Origin: Escherichia coli
GTDB taxonomy: Bacteria > Pseudomonadota > Gammaproteobacteria > Enterobacterales > Enterobacteriaceae
DNA: 64,000 nucleotides
Reading direction: 5' to 3' (one strand)
NCBI RefSeq assembly: GCF_003334315.1
Contig: NZ_QOWR01000004.1
The translations under genes and the position numbers were made by a program. This document shows, piece after piece, positions 11,283 to 22,654 of the stretch (position 1 is its first letter; each line of letters opens with the position of its first letter). The notes beneath the pieces were generated by a model, which was given only the letters and a program-made list of their open reading frames with translations, did not search any database and was not told where the DNA came from.

Positions 11283-11783
11283 TCAGGCTTTATTTTCGGC
11301 TTTCTTATTTACGTTATTAATGGCCAGATCAGTCAGTTTGATGTCGGTGGCCTTTTCTTCTTCCAGGGTTTCTTTCAGAAGCTTCGCTGCTTTACGGTAA
11401 CCTAATTGTTCAGCCAGCGTCGCTAATGTCCCGTAACTGGCAATCTCATAATGCTCGACTTTCTGTGCTGCGGCAATCAGTGCGGCATCACGCACTTCGT
11501 TTTTCTCGGTACTTTCGATGACCTCATTAGCTTCTTCAATAAGACCTTCCATTGCCACACATTTCATGCGCTTAATTTTCAGGTTCGATTCGGACTCCAC
11601 AACTTGATCAATACGTTCAATCTGTCCATGAGTTTCCTCGAGGTGCGCATGAAAAGCCTGACTTAATTTTTCATTTGATGTTGCTCTTGCGAGTTTTGCC
11701 AGTGCCCGGGTTAATTGTTTTTCTGCGCTGTAGGTATCTGAAAGCAGGTGAATAAATACATCTTCAATGGTCTTCATATTCAT
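11283..11783 (-). CDS. yciF: Ferritin-like stress protein YciF
   Basis: Internal ATG at 11783 gives 166 aa MNMKTIEDVFIHLLSDTYSAEKQL...; matches recalled YciF. Confidence 0.9.
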   Translation of the reverse strand: MNMKTIEDVFIHLLSDTYSAEKQLTRALAKLARATSNEKLSQAFHAHLEETHGQIERIDQVVESESNLKIKRMKCVAMEGLIEEANEVIESTEKNEVRDAALIAAAQKVEHYEIASYGTLATLAEQLGYRKAAKLLKETLEEEKATDIKLTDLAINNVNKKAENKA

Positions 11784-11868
11784 ATTTTTCTCCAGTGAAA
11801 TCACTGCGAGCCATACGGCCCGCAGATGCAATTATCTTTATCAGCTGATATTAATAATTAACGGTGAA

Positions 11869-12048
11869 TCAGGATTTGCCTGATTTATTACCACCGCTTT
11901 GTTGACCGCCTTTTTTACCCGCTTCAGATGCGCGTTGCGGATCATTTTTAAAATTACCGCCGCTATGCTGACCGCCTTTACGGCCTGCGTCGGATGCCTT
12001 CTCACGGTCTTCGGCGAAATTTCCTGAACCACCACGATGTTCGGCCAT
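11869..12048 (-). CDS. yciG: Small Gly-rich stress protein YciG (KGG-repeat family)
   Basis: ATG at 12048 gives 59 aa MAEHRGGSGNFAEDREKASDAGRKGGQHSGGNFKNDPQRASEAGKKGGQQSGGNKSGKS with internal repeated motif; matches recalled YciG. Confidence 0.8.
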   Translation of the reverse strand: MAEHRGGSGNFAEDREKASDAGRKGGQHSGGNFKNDPQRASEAGKKGGQQSGGNKSGKS

Positions 12049-12396
12049 GTTATTTCTCCCGTTGCGTTGCATTGTTTCATTAATATGAGTGTTGTGTGTC
12101 GACACTCATTAAAATTAGTCGCTAATGAGAATTAGTCAAATTAAGCGCAACGAGAAGATAGAGGGAAAATATATTTTGAGGAACATTCTGGATATATTAA
12201 CAATTACCTGAGGAATAAGTGACTTAGAGAAAATTATTGATTTTACTGGTGTTATGTTGCGGGATTAATTTGTTTGATTATATTACTGTTGGGCGGAAAA
12301 ATGACGTAAGTTGACGTTCGACCGGGGTAAGCGAAACGGTAAAAAGATAAATATTAAATGAATTTAGGATTTTTCCGGCTTCATTAAAGAAAGTTA

Positions 12397-12424
12397 AAAT
12401 GCCGCCAGCGGAACTGGCGGCTGT
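12397..12424 (-). terminator. trp operon terminator (trp t)
   Basis: Minus strand reads cagccgccagttccgctggcggcatttt: GC-rich hairpin plus T-run immediately after the trpA stop; matches the known trp t sequence. Confidence 0.85.
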
Positions 12425-12428
12425 GGGA

Positions 12429-13235
12429 TTAACTGCGCGTCGCCGCTTTCATCGGTTGTACAAAAACTTTCAGTGCCGCCAGCATTTTCTCTGGCTCATT
12501 AATATGTTGCTCGATGATTTTAACAATGGCCGAACCAGAAATCGCGCCCGCAGCTCCTGCATCAATCGCTGCTTTTACCTGATCCGGGGCGGAAATACCA
12601 AATCCCTGCAATGGAGGTGCAGCGTTGTACTCTTTCAGCTTCGCAACCAGATGATTGAGGGGTAACGCGGCGCGGTTTTCTGCGCCGGTCACGCCTGCTC
12701 GTGACAGCAAATAGGTGTAACCACGACCGTAAGAGGCTATCTGGCGCAGCAGGTCGTCATCGGCATTTGGCGGGCAGATGAAGATAGGTGCGACATTATG
12801 ACGCAACGCGGCCTGGCGGAAGGGCGCGGACTCTTCAACTGGCACATCGGCAACCAGCACCGAATCGACGCCGACTTTTTCGCACTGGGCATAAAACTCA
12901 TCAATGCCTTTGTTAAACACCAGATTGGCATACATCAACAGGCCAATGGGAATGGTCGGGTGTTTCTGGCGAATCAGTGCCAGCATTTCAAAACATTGTG
13001 CCGGAGTCACACCTGCCGCAAAGGCGCGCAGAGTGGCGTTTTGAATCGTCGGGCCATCCGCCAGTGGGTCGGAGAAGGGGATACCTAACTCCAGCGCGTC
13101 AGCACCGGCTTCAATTAGCGTATCGATAATTTTCAATGACTGCTCAATGCCCGGATCACCGAGCGTGACGAAAGGAACGAATGCGCCTTCTTTGCGCTCC
13201 TTCAACTGGGCAAACAGAGATTCGTAGCGTTCCAT
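12429..13235 (-). CDS. trpA: Tryptophan synthase alpha subunit
   Basis: 268-aa [37 protein letters not shown]...; start overlaps trpB stop; matches recalled TrpA. Confidence 0.97.
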
Positions 13236-14428
13236 CAGATTTCCCCTCGTGCTTTCAAAATATCGTGAACGGTGAAGATGTCTTTATCGCCGCGACCGGA
13301 AAGGTTAACCACCAGTAGCTGCTCTTTATCCGGGTTTTCGCGCATCATTTTCAACGCATGGGCCAGGGCGTGGGAGGATTCCAGCGCCGGGATGATTCCT
13401 TCGTGCAGGCACAGCGTTTTGAAGGCTTCAAGGGCTTCATCATCGGTAATAGACACGTAATCAGCGCGTCCAGTGCTGTTAAGATACGCGTGTTGTGGGC
13501 CGACAGACGGGAAATCCAGTCCGGCGGAGATGGAGTAAGATTCTTCAATCTGCCCGTCTTCGGTTTGCATCATCGGCGCTTTCATACCGAAATAGATACC
13601 CACGCGACCATGTTTTAGCGGTGCGCCGTGCTCGCCAGTTTCGATACCGTGACCACCTGGCTCCACACCAATCAGGCCGACGTTGGTTTCATTGATGAAA
13701 TCAGCAAACATGCCGATGGCATTCGAACCGCCGCCAACACAGGCGATAACGGCATCCGGCAGGCGACCTTCTCTTTCCAGAATCTGCGCTTTGGTTTCTT
13801 CGCCAATCATCCGCTGAAACTCACGCACAATGGTCGGATAAGGATGCGGGCCAGCTGCGGTGCCCAGCATATAGTGCGCGGTTTCGTAACTACCGGACCA
13901 GTCGCGCAGCGCCTCGTTACAGGCATCTTTCAGCGTCGCGGAACCGCTATGCACCGGGATCACTTCCGCACCCATTAAGCGCATACGAAAAACGTTAGGC
14001 GACTGGCGTTCAACGTCTTTGGCACCCATATAAATACGGCATTTCAGGCCGAGCAGGGCGCTGGCAAGGGCCGACGCCACGCCATGCTGACCGGCACCGG
14101 TTTCGGCGATGATTTCGGTTTTACCCATCCGCTTCGCCAGCAACGCCTGCCCCAGCACCTGGTTAGTTTTATGCGCGCCGCCGTGCAGCAAATCTTCACG
14201 CTTGAGATACAGCGTGGTGTTCGTCCCGGCTGTAATGTTCTGGCATTTGGTCAGCGCGGTTGGACGCCCGGCATAGTTTTTCAGCAGGTCGTTGAACTGA
14301 GCCTGAAATTCAGGATCTTTTTGCGCACTGACAAAAGCTTCTTCCAGCTGGCGCAGAGCAGGCATCAGGATTTGTGGCACGTACATGCCGCCAAACTCAC
14401 CAAAATAGGGGTTAAGTAATGTTGTCAT
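13235..14428 (-). CDS. trpB: Tryptophan synthase beta subunit (PLP-dependent)
   Basis: 397-aa [28 protein letters not shown]...; PLP lysine region HGGAHKTNQ; matches recalled TrpB. Confidence 0.97.
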
Positions 14429-14439
14429 TGTTCCTTTCC

Positions 14440-15801
14440 TTAATATGCGCGCAGCGTCTGGAAAACCGAGGCCAAAAGACGTGCGTCTTTGATGCCCGGT
14501 TGCGACTCTACAGCAGAATTAAAATCAAGTCCGGCGCAGCCGGTTTGTGCCGCTTCCACGCAGTTATCTGCGCCTAAGCCCCCCGCCAGCAGAACGTTGC
14601 CAAGCGATTGACCATTTAATAGTGACCAGTCAAAACGTTGCCCGCTTCCACCCTGGCCGTTGTCTAAAACATATTTATCAACGTGCTGAAACTCGCGGGC
14701 GGGCAGGGTTTCACCGACGCTTAATGCTTTCCAGATGGCAACATGTGCTGGCAGAGCTTCACGCAGCGTATCGATATACAGCTGTTCTTCATTACCATGC
14801 AGTTGCACTGCCGCCAGCGATAACACCTTAGCTTTGTCCACCACATCGGCAATATCGTGATTGCGGAACACGCCAACATACTGCAACGGTGCCGCAGCCA
14901 TCATTTCCTGCGCCTGTTCAACGTTGACGCAACGCGGTGATGTCGCAACAAAAATCAACCCACCGTAAATCGCGCCCGCGTCATAAGCTGCTTTAGCATC
15001 TTGCCCACGCGTCAGGCCACATACTTTATTCTCACCCAGCAACACCCGGCGCACGGCGGCGTGCAAATCGTCATGGGCCATCAACGCCGAACCAATCAGA
15101 AAACCGTTAGCGAAGTGGCTTAACTCGCGCACCTGAGCGTAAGTATTGATGCCGGATTCGCTGATTACCGTCACGTTGTGCCCCAGTTTCGGCGCAAGCT
15201 CGCGGGTACGGTTGAGATCAATCGACAAATCACGCAGATCGCGGTTGTTGATGCCAACGACCTTTGCTCCCAATGCAATGGCGCGCTCCTGTTCCTCTTC
15301 ATTACTGACTTCGGTCAGCACCCCCATCTCCAGACTGTGAGCGACGGCGGCAAGCTGGCGATATTGGTCGTCATCCAGTACTGAAAGCATTAATAAGCAG
15401 GCATCGGCCTGGTAATAGCGCGCCAGATAGATCTGGTAAGGGTCGATAATGAAGTCTTTACATAAAATCGGCTGCGGGGCGATTTGGCTGACGATGGGGA
15501 GGAAATCAAAGCTCCCCTGAAAATATTTCTCATCAGTCAGCACCGAAATTGCCGAAGCGTAATGTTTATAAATGGCGGCAATGCGTGCTGGATCGAAATC
15601 ATCACGGATCACGCCTTTTGACGGCGACGCTTTCTTGCACTCCAGAATAAACGCCGTGCGCGCACCCTGTAGCGCATCATAAAAATGTCGCGTGCTCGGC
15701 TGAACCTCATTCTGAAAACTGGCCAGCGGTTGCTGCTGTTTGCGGGCTTCTACCCAAATCGCCTTGTCTGCGACGATTTTCGCTAAAACGGTTTGCATCA
15801 T
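14440..15801 (-). CDS. trpC: Bifunctional indole-3-glycerol-phosphate synthase / phosphoribosylanthranilate isomerase
   Basis: 453-aa [29 protein letters not shown]...; ATG directly abuts the trpD stop (TAAATG); matches recalled TrpC. Confidence 0.97.
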   Translation of the reverse strand: MMQTVLAKIVADKAIWVEARKQQQPLASFQNEVQPSTRHFYDALQGARTAFILECKKASPSKGVIRDDFDPARIAAIYKHYASAISVLTDEKYFQGSFDFLPIVSQIAPQPILCKDFIIDPYQIYLARYYQADACLLMLSVLDDDQYRQLAAVAHSLEMGVLTEVSNEEEQERAIALGAKVVGINNRDLRDLSIDLNRTRELAPKLGHNVTVISESGINTYAQVRELSHFANGFLIGSALMAHDDLHAAVRRVLLGENKVCGLTRGQDAKAAYDAGAIYGGLIFVATSPRCVNVEQAQEMMAAAPLQYVGVFRNHDIADVVDKAKVLSLAAVQLHGNEEQLYIDTLREALPAHVAIWKALSVGETLPAREFQHVDKYVLDNGQGGSGQRFDWSLLNGQSLGNVLLAGGLGADNCVEAAQTGCAGLDFNSAVESQPGIKDARLLASVFQTLRAY

Positions 15802-17397
15802 TTACCCTCGTGCCGCCAGTGCGGTGACTCTGTCGTAAGCGGAACCACTGCGCAGTACCTCAAGAACGGTTTGCGCATTGGCTTGCAGATCTTCATGGCC
15901 ATGCAGGCGCATTAACATGGCGACGTTCGCAGCGACGGCTGCTTCATGGGCGGCGTCGCCTTTACCTTGTAACAAACGTGTTAAAATGTCACGGTTTTCT
16001 TCCGGTGTTCCGCCTGCCAGTTGCTCCTGGTGGTAGGGTGTCAGGCCAAAGTCTTCTGCGGTGAGCTGATAGCTTTTAATTTCGCCGTCATGCAGTTCGG
16101 CAACGATTGTCGGCGCGTGTAATGAAACTTCATCCATCCCGCCGCTGTGCACCACCGCCGCGCGTTGATACCCCAGCACGCGCAAGGTTTCGGCAATCGG
16201 CAGCACCAGTTCCGGACTATAAACACCAATTAACGCCAGCGGCGGATGCGCCGGGTTAATCAATGGCCCCAGCACATTGAACAGGGTGCGGGTTTTCAGT
16301 TGCTGGCGAACCGGCATCGCGTGGCGGAATCCGGTGTGATACTTCGGCGCAAAGAGGAAACATACACCTAACTCATCCAGCGCCTGGCGCGATTTATCGG
16401 CGTTCATATCAAGATTAATACCGAACGCCGCCAGCAGATCGGACGAACCAGATTTACTGGAGACGCTACGGTTGCCGTGTTTCGCCACTTTCAGCCCACA
16501 GGCCGCGGCGACAAACGCACTGGCGGTAGAAATATTGATACTGTTGCTGCCGTCACCGCCAGTACCGACGATATCAGCAAACAGATAATCCGGGCGCGGG
16601 AACGGCGCTGCGTTTTCCAGTAGCGCGGTTGCTGCTCCGGCGATCTCGTTCGGGTGCTCACCGCGAATTTTCATGCTCACCAGCGCCGCCGCCAGTTGTT
16701 CCGGCTTCAGCTCGCCACGCACCACCGCTGAAAACAGCTGGTGGCTTTCTTGTTGGCTAAGCGTCTGCGCCTGATACAGTTTTTCCAGAATCGGTTGCAG
16801 CGTGTTGGCTGGCTCTAGTTTCTGCTGCGCCCAGGCCAGCGTTTGTTCCAGCAGGCGAGCGCCCTGGGTGGTGAGAATGGATTCCGGATGGAACTGGAAT
16901 CCACAAACGCGATCCGCATCGTGACGTACTGCCATCACCATGCCATTAAAATGGGCGTTGATGGTTAAACCGGCCGGAATGTTACTGCCAACCAGCGAGT
17001 GATAACGCGCCACCGGCAGCGGGTTTGTTAATCCGGCAAACATCGCCTGACCGTCATGTTCAATGCTCGACGCTTTACCGTGAAGAATTTCGCCCGCCTG
17101 ACCGACATAGCCCCCGTAAGCTTCGACAATTGCCTGATGTCCGAGGCAAATGCCAATAATGGGCAGCTTGCCACGCAAGCGGGTGAGGAGTTCCGGCATA
17201 CAACCGGCTTCGCTCGGCACACCGGGGCCAGGAGAAAGCATCAGTACCGGATTGCTCATCGTCGCCAGGCGTTCAATTAAGGTCTGCGCCGGAATATGGT
17301 TGCGGTAAATCACCACGTTATGACCATTGCTGCGCAACTGATCTGCCAGGTTGTACGTAAAAGAGTCGATATTATCGAGCAGCAGAATGTCAGCCAT
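15802..17397 (-). CDS. trpD: Bifunctional anthranilate synthase glutamine amidotransferase / anthranilate phosphoribosyltransferase
   Basis: 531-aa [25 protein letters not shown]...; N-terminal GATase domain fused to phosphoribosyltransferase domain; overlaps trpE stop. Confidence 0.97.
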   Translation of the reverse strand: MADILLLDNIDSFTYNLADQLRSNGHNVVIYRNHIPAQTLIERLATMSNPVLMLSPGPGVPSEAGCMPELLTRLRGKLPIIGICLGHQAIVEAYGGYVGQAGEILHGKASSIEHDGQAMFAGLTNPLPVARYHSLVGSNIPAGLTINAHFNGMVMAVRHDADRVCGFQFHPESILTTQGARLLEQTLAWAQQKLEPANTLQPILEKLYQAQTLSQQESHQLFSAVVRGELKPEQLAAALVSMKIRGEHPNEIAGAATALLENAAPFPRPDYLFADIVGTGGDGSNSINISTASAFVAAACGLKVAKHGNRSVSSKSGSSDLLAAFGINLDMNADKSRQALDELGVCFLFAPKYHTGFRHAMPVRQQLKTRTLFNVLGPLINPAHPPLALIGVYSPELVLPIAETLRVLGYQRAAVVHSGGMDEVSLHAPTIVAELHDGEIKSYQLTAEDFGLTPYHQEQLAGGTPEENRDILTRLLQGKGDAAHEAAVAANVAMLMRLHGHEDLQANAQTVLEVLRSGSAYDRVTALAARG

Positions 17398-18959
17398 CAG
17401 AAAGTCTCCTGTGCATGATGCGCGGTGGCAATAGCGCGCAGTACAGCGCGGGCTTTATTACGGGTTTCGTCGGCTTCCGACTGCGGAACAGAATCAAGGA
17501 CTACGCCAGCACCGGCTTGCACGGTGGCGATACTGTTTTCCACCAGCGCCGAGCGGATCACAATGCAGGTGTCGAGATCGCCATGCGCGGTGAAATAACC
17601 TACCGCGCCGCCGTAGCTGCCGCGGCGACGACCTTCAGCCTCGGCAATTAACTGCATAGCGCGTACTTTCGGCGCACCGCTTAACGTTCCCATATTCATA
17701 CAGGCGCGGTAAGCGTGCAGGGCGTCGAGATCGTGGCGCAGCTCACCGACCACGCGGGAGACCAGGTGCATCACGTAAGAGTAACGGTCAACTTTGGTAA
17801 GATCGGCGACGTAGCGGCTGCCGGGGGTGCAAATGCGTGCCAGATCATTACGGGCGAGATCCACCAGCATCAGATGTTCAGAAAGCTCTTTATGATCGGT
17901 ACGCATTTCCAGTTCGATGCGGCTGTCGAGGTCTCTGTCCAGTGAACCATCGGCACGACGACCGCGTGGGCGTGTCCCGGCAATCGGGTAGATCTCAATC
18001 TGGCGGCTGGTGGCGTCATATTTGAGCGAACTTTCCGGCGACGCGCCAAACAGGGTGAAATCATTATCCTGCATAAAAAACATGTACGGGCTGGGATTAC
18101 TCTTTTTCAGCACGTAATAGGCCGCCAGCGGTGACGGGCAGGGCAGAGAGAAACGGCGAGATGGCACCACCTGGAAAATTTCTCCAGCGCGAATCGCTTT
18201 TTGCAACAAACGCACTACGCCACCGAACTCTTCATCGCTCTGGTTACATTCACAACGCATATGCGGCACGGAAACCACTGGCAGCGGCGGCGCGGCTTCG
18301 GTCAGTTGCTGACGTAGTTCGTTCAGGCGAGCAGTGAGACGTTGTTTTTCTTCTTCATTCGGAGCAAACAGGCTGGCCTGAATACGGGTGCTTTTTTTCT
18401 GATGGTCAATCACCATCAGCGTTTCAGCGAGATAAAAACAGAAATCAGGGCAGTTATTTTCCGCTGACAGTTGCGGTAAATCTTCAAATCCCGCCACAAG
18501 GTCATAAGAGAACAGGCCGCCGAAGAACATGGCTTCTCGTTCTTCCTTCGGTACATTCAACAGATTCTGCAATAAACGGAAAGCGTCAAAAACCGAAAGG
18601 GAGCATAAGCGGGCGTCTTCATCCAGCAGTGGACTGACAGGGGGGAAGCGCAGCACACGGCAGTTTGGTGATTGTTCACTTTCCACACCCGCAGGCAGGG
18701 CGTTATCCAGTAGTGCCAGCAGGGCTTCGCCGTTGCCGGAAAGTGCCTGGATTGTGACAGTGTCACCTAAAGCTGTAATGCGCAGCGCACTGTCTACCAG
18801 CAGCAGGCTTTTTAAATCATCTTTGCTGTCGATATCTGCGGATTCCAGCAGCAGCGTTGCCGGACGATCCCCACACAACTGGTGAAAAAGCGCGGTGGGA
18901 TTGTCGCGATAAGCGCCTTCGCAGGTTAGCAGTTCGAGAGTCGGTTTTTGTGTTTGCAT
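17397..18959 (-). CDS. trpE: Anthranilate synthase component I
   Basis: 520-aa [31 protein letters not shown]...; matches recalled TrpE. Confidence 0.97.
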   Translation of the reverse strand: MQTQKPTLELLTCEGAYRDNPTALFHQLCGDRPATLLLESADIDSKDDLKSLLLVDSALRITALGDTVTIQALSGNGEALLALLDNALPAGVESEQSPNCRVLRFPPVSPLLDEDARLCSLSVFDAFRLLQNLLNVPKEEREAMFFGGLFSYDLVAGFEDLPQLSAENNCPDFCFYLAETLMVIDHQKKSTRIQASLFAPNEEEKQRLTARLNELRQQLTEAAPPLPVVSVPHMRCECNQSDEEFGGVVRLLQKAIRAGEIFQVVPSRRFSLPCPSPLAAYYVLKKSNPSPYMFFMQDNDFTLFGASPESSLKYDATSRQIEIYPIAGTRPRGRRADGSLDRDLDSRIELEMRTDHKELSEHLMLVDLARNDLARICTPGSRYVADLTKVDRYSYVMHLVSRVVGELRHDLDALHAYRACMNMGTLSGAPKVRAMQLIAEAEGRRRGSYGGAVGYFTAHGDLDTCIVIRSALVENSIATVQAGAGVVLDSVPQSEADETRNKARAVLRAIATAHHAQETF

Positions 18960-18980
18960 TGTTATTCTCTAATTTTGTTC

Positions 18981-19008
18981 AAAAAAAAGCCCGCTCATTA
19001 GGCGGGCT
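18981..19008 (-). terminator. trp attenuator (3:4 terminator hairpin + U-run)
   Basis: Minus strand reads agcccgcctaatgagcgggcttttttttg between trpL and trpE; stem agcccgc/gcgggct followed by an 8-nt T-run. Confidence 0.9.
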
Positions 19009-19050
19009 GGGTATCTGATTGCTTTACGCATGGTGAATACACTGCCCGTT

Positions 19051-19095
19051 TCAGGAAGTGCGCCACCAACCTTTCAGTACGAAAATTGCTTTCAT
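19051..19095 (-). CDS. trpL: trp operon leader peptide ([14 protein letters not shown])
   Basis: Minus strand reads atgaaagcaattttcgtactgaaaggttggtggcgcacttcctga: 14 codons with tandem Trp codons tggtgg, 92 nt upstream of trpE. Confidence 0.95.
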
Positions 19096-19119
19096 TGTCG
19101 ATACCCTTTTTACGTGAAC

Positions 19120-19160
19120 TTGCGTACTAGTTAACTAGTTCGATGATTAATTGTCAACAG
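19120..19160 (-). promoter_or_regulatory. trp promoter with TrpR operator
   Basis: Perfect palindrome actagttaactagt at 19125-19138 (operator core) overlapping -10 TTAACT; -35 TTGACA present as tgtcaa at 19152-19157; matches the textbook trp promoter. Confidence 0.85.
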
Positions 19161-19232
19161 CTCATTTCAGAATATTTGCCAGAACCGTTATGATGTCGGC
19201 GCAAAAAACATTATCCAGAACGGGAGTGCGCC

Positions 19233-20114
19233 TTGAGCGACACGAATTACGCAGTGATTTACGACCTGCACAGCCATACCACAGCTTCCGATGGCTGCCT
19301 GACGCCAGAAGCATTGGTGCACCGTGCAGTCGAGATGCGCGTCGGCACCCTGGCGATCACCGACCATGACACCACAGCTGCAATCGCACCAGCAAGAGAG
19401 GAAATTTCACGTTCGGGACTGGCGCTGAATCTTATTCCCGGCGTGGAAATTTCCACGGTCTGGGAAAATCATGAAATTCATATTGTCGGGCTGAATATTG
19501 ATATTACTCATCCGCTAATGTGTGAGTTCCTCGCGCAGCAGACAGAACGGCGCAATCAGCGGGCGCAGCTCATTGCCGAAAGACTTGAAAAAGCGCAAAT
19601 ACCTGGGGCGCTGGAAGGCGCGCAACGACTGGCTCAGGGCGGCGCAGTGACGCGCGGTCATTTTGCGCGTTTCCTTGTGGAGTGCGGCAAAGCCAGTTCA
19701 ATGGCGGATGTCTTTAAAAAGTATCTGGCGCGCGGGAAAACCGGATACGTTCCGCCACAGTGGTGTACAATAGAACAAGCTATTGATGTCATTCATCATT
19801 CTGGCGGTAAGGCGGTGCTAGCTCATCCTGGGCGGTACAATCTTAGTGCTAAATGGCTGAAAAGATTGGTTGCGCATTTTGCCGAACACCACGGCGACGC
19901 GATGGAAGTCGCGCAGTGCCAGCAATCGCCCAATGAACGCACCCAGTTGGCGACCCTTGCGCGTCAGCATCATTTATGGGCATCACAAGGATCTGATTTT
20001 CATCAGCCATGCCCGTGGATCGAACTGGGTCGTAAACTCTGGCTGCCCGCAGGCGTTGAAGGCGTCTGGCAGCTATGGGAACAGCCGCAGAACACCACAG
20101 AGAGGGAATTATGA
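19233..20114 (+). CDS. yciV: PHP-domain phosphoesterase YciV (TrpH; RNase AM)
   Basis: 293-aa ORF; PHP His motif DLHSHTTASDG near N-terminus; divergent from the trp promoter; matches recalled YciV. Confidence 0.9.
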   Translation: MSDTNYAVIYDLHSHTTASDGCLTPEALVHRAVEMRVGTLAITDHDTTAAIAPAREEISRSGLALNLIPGVEISTVWENHEIHIVGLNIDITHPLMCEFLAQQTERRNQRAQLIAERLEKAQIPGALEGAQRLAQGGAVTRGHFARFLVECGKASSMADVFKKYLARGKTGYVPPQWCTIEQAIDVIHHSGGKAVLAHPGRYNLSAKWLKRLVAHFAEHHGDAMEVAQCQQSPNERTQLATLARQHHLWASQGSDFHQPCPWIELGRKLWLPAGVEGVWQLWEQPQNTTEREL

Positions 20115-20731
20115 GCCAGTTTTTTTATATTCATCCTGATAACCCACAGCAACGTCTGATCAACCAGGCGGTGGAGATCGTGCGTAAAGGCGGGGTGATT
20201 GTTTATCCAACTGATTCCGGCTATGCGCTCGGCTGTAAAATTGAAGATAAAAACGCCATGGAGCGTATTTGTCGTATTCGCCAGCTGCCGGACGGTCACA
20301 ACTTTACCCTGATGTGTCGCGATCTTTCTGAACTCTCGACCTATTCATTTGTCGATAACGTTGCGTTTCGTTTAATGAAAAACAACACGCCGGGCAACTA
20401 TACCTTCATCCTGAAGGGGACGAAGGAGGTGCCACGCCGTCTGTTGCAGGAAAAACGCAAAACCATCGGTATGCGTGTGCCTTCTAACCCGATTGCGCAA
20501 GCGTTGCTTGAAGCATTGGGCGAACCGATGCTTTCCACTTCGCTAATGCTGCCAGGCAGCGAATTTACCGAATCCGATCCGGAAGAAATTAAAGACCGTC
20601 TGGAAAAACAGGTAGATTTGATTATTCACGGCGGTTATCTCGGGCAGAAACCAACAACGGTTATTGATCTTACCGATGATACGCCGGTCGTGGTGCGTGA
20701 AGGCGTAGGTGATGTGAAGCCTTTCTTATAA
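20111..20731 (+). CDS. yciO: YrdC/Sua5-family RNA-binding protein YciO
   Basis: ATG at 20111 gives 206 aa MSQFFYIHPDNPQQRLINQAVEIVRKGGVIVYPTDSGYALG...; start overlaps yciV stop (ATGA). Confidence 0.9.
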   Translation: MSQFFYIHPDNPQQRLINQAVEIVRKGGVIVYPTDSGYALGCKIEDKNAMERICRIRQLPDGHNFTLMCRDLSELSTYSFVDNVAFRLMKNNTPGNYTFILKGTKEVPRRLLQEKRKTIGMRVPSNPIAQALLEALGEPMLSTSLMLPGSEFTESDPEEIKDRLEKQVDLIIHGGYLGQKPTTVIDLTDDTPVVVREGVGDVKPFL

Positions 20732-20758
20732 CAAATTGCGTTCCATGGATGGAAGACT

Positions 20759-22654
20759 ATGGCAGGGAAGTTTCGCTGCATTTTGCTGTTGATAGCAGGG
20801 CTGTTTGTATCATCTCTAAGTTATGCAGAAAACACGGAGATCCCTTCTTATGAAGAAGGGATCTCGCTCTTTGATGTTGAAGCCACTCTGCAACCAGATG
20901 GGGTGCTCGACATCAAAGAAAATATTCATTTTCAGGCGCGAAATCAGCAGATTAAGCACGGCTTTTATCGTGATTTACCACGACTCTGGATGCAGCCTGA
21001 TGGGGACGCTGCACTGCTGAACTATCATATTGTTGGCGTCACCCGTGATGGTATTCCTGAACCCTGGCATCTTGACTGGCATATCGGGTTAATGAGTATT
21101 GTCGTGGGCGATAAACAACGTTTCTTGCCTCAAGGCGACTATCATTATCAAATTCATTATCAGGTTAAAAATGCTTTCCTGCGTGAGGGGGATTCTGATC
21201 TGCTAATCTGGAACGTGACCGGTAACCACTGGCCGTTTGAAATTTATAAGACCCGTTTTTCTCTCCAGTTCTCTAATATTGCGGGTAATCCATTTAGCGA
21301 AATCGATCTCTTTACCGGAGAAGAGGGCGACACATATCGTAATGGCCGCATCCTTGAGGACGGAAGAATTGAATCCCGCGATCCGTTTTATCGTGAAGAT
21401 TTCACGGTCCTCTACCGCTGGCCTCACGCTTTACTTAGCAATGCCTCGGCTCCGCAAACGACGAATATTTTCAGCCATCTTCTTTTACCCTCCACGTCAT
21501 CGTTGTTAATTTGGTTTCCGTGTCTGTTCCTGGTTTGTGGATGGTTATATCTCTGGAAGCGCAGGCCGCAATTTACGCCGGTAGATGTGATTGAAACCGA
21601 TGTCATTCCGCCAGATTACACGCCCGGCATGTTACGTCTCGATGCGAAGCTAGTTTACGACGATAAAGGTTTTTGTGCCGATATCGTAAATCTGATTGTG
21701 AAAGGAAAAATTCATCTGGAAGATCAGTCTGACAAGAACCAGCAAATCCTGATTCGTGTTAATGAAGGCGCGACCAGAAATAATGCGGTATTACTGCCCG
21801 CAGAGCAGTTATTACTGGAAGCGTTATTTCGTAAAGGCGATAAGGTCGTTCTTACGGGGAGACGCAACAGAGTCTTACGCAGGGCATTTTTACGGATGCA
21901 GAAATTTTATCTGCCGCGTAAAAAGTCTTCGTTTTACCGGTCTGATACTTTTTTGCAATGGGGTGGACTGGCAATATTGGCGGTCATTCTTTACGGTAAC
22001 TTGAGTCCTGTAGGCTGGGCAGGAATGAGTCTGGTGGGCGATATGTTTATTATGATCTGCTGGATTATTCCTTTTTTATTTTGTTCCCTTGAGCTTTTGT
22101 TTGCCCGCGATGATGACAAGCCTTGCGTTAATCGTGTAATCATCACTTTGTTTTTACCACTGATTTGTTCAGGCGTGGCCTTCTATTCTCTCTACATCAA
22201 TGTCGGAGATGTATTCTTTTACTGGTATATGCCAGCGGGTTATTTTACCGCTGTTTTCCTGACCGGTTATCTCACTGGCATGGGGTATATTTTTCTGCCA
22301 AAGTTTACCCAAACTGGACAGCAACGTTATGCCCACGGTGAAGCTATCGTTAACTATCTTGCGCGTAAAGAGGCGGCAACACACAGTGGGCGGCGTCGGA
22401 AAGGGGAAACACGGAAACTGGATTATGCGTTGCTAGGTTGGGCGGTCTCGGCAAACCTTGGCAGAGAATGGGCAGCACGTATCACCCCATCACTCACAGC
22501 GGCTGTTCGCGCCCCGGAAATTGCCCGTAGCGGCGTTTTATTCTCATTACAGACGCACCTAAGTTGCGGGGCCTATACCAGTTTGTTGGGGCGAAGTTAT
22601 TCCGGTGGTGGTGCTGGCGGCGGCGCGGGTGGCGGAGGCGGTGGTGGCTGGTAA
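20759..22654 (+). CDS. yciQ: Membrane protein YciQ (DUF2207) with C-terminal Gly-rich tail
   Basis: 631-aa ORF with signal peptide MAGKFRCILLLIAGLFVSSLSYA, several TM segments and C-terminal SGGGAGGGAGGGGGGGW; matches recalled YciQ length. Confidence 0.85.
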   Translation: MAGKFRCILLLIAGLFVSSLSYAENTEIPSYEEGISLFDVEATLQPDGVLDIKENIHFQARNQQIKHGFYRDLPRLWMQPDGDAALLNYHIVGVTRDGIPEPWHLDWHIGLMSIVVGDKQRFLPQGDYHYQIHYQVKNAFLREGDSDLLIWNVTGNHWPFEIYKTRFSLQFSNIAGNPFSEIDLFTGEEGDTYRNGRILEDGRIESRDPFYREDFTVLYRWPHALLSNASAPQTTNIFSHLLLPSTSSLLIWFPCLFLVCGWLYLWKRRPQFTPVDVIETDVIPPDYTPGMLRLDAKLVYDDKGFCADIVNLIVKGKIHLEDQSDKNQQILIRVNEGATRNNAVLLPAEQLLLEALFRKGDKVVLTGRRNRVLRRAFLRMQKFYLPRKKSSFYRSDTFLQWGGLAILAVILYGNLSPVGWAGMSLVGDMFIMICWIIPFLFCSLELLFARDDDKPCVNRVIITLFLPLICSGVAFYSLYINVGDVFFYWYMPAGYFTAVFLTGYLTGMGYIFLPKFTQTGQQRYAHGEAIVNYLARKEAATHSGRRRKGETRKLDYALLGWAVSANLGREWAARITPSLTAAVRAPEIARSGVLFSLQTHLSCGAYTSLLGRSYSGGGAGGGAGGGGGGGW

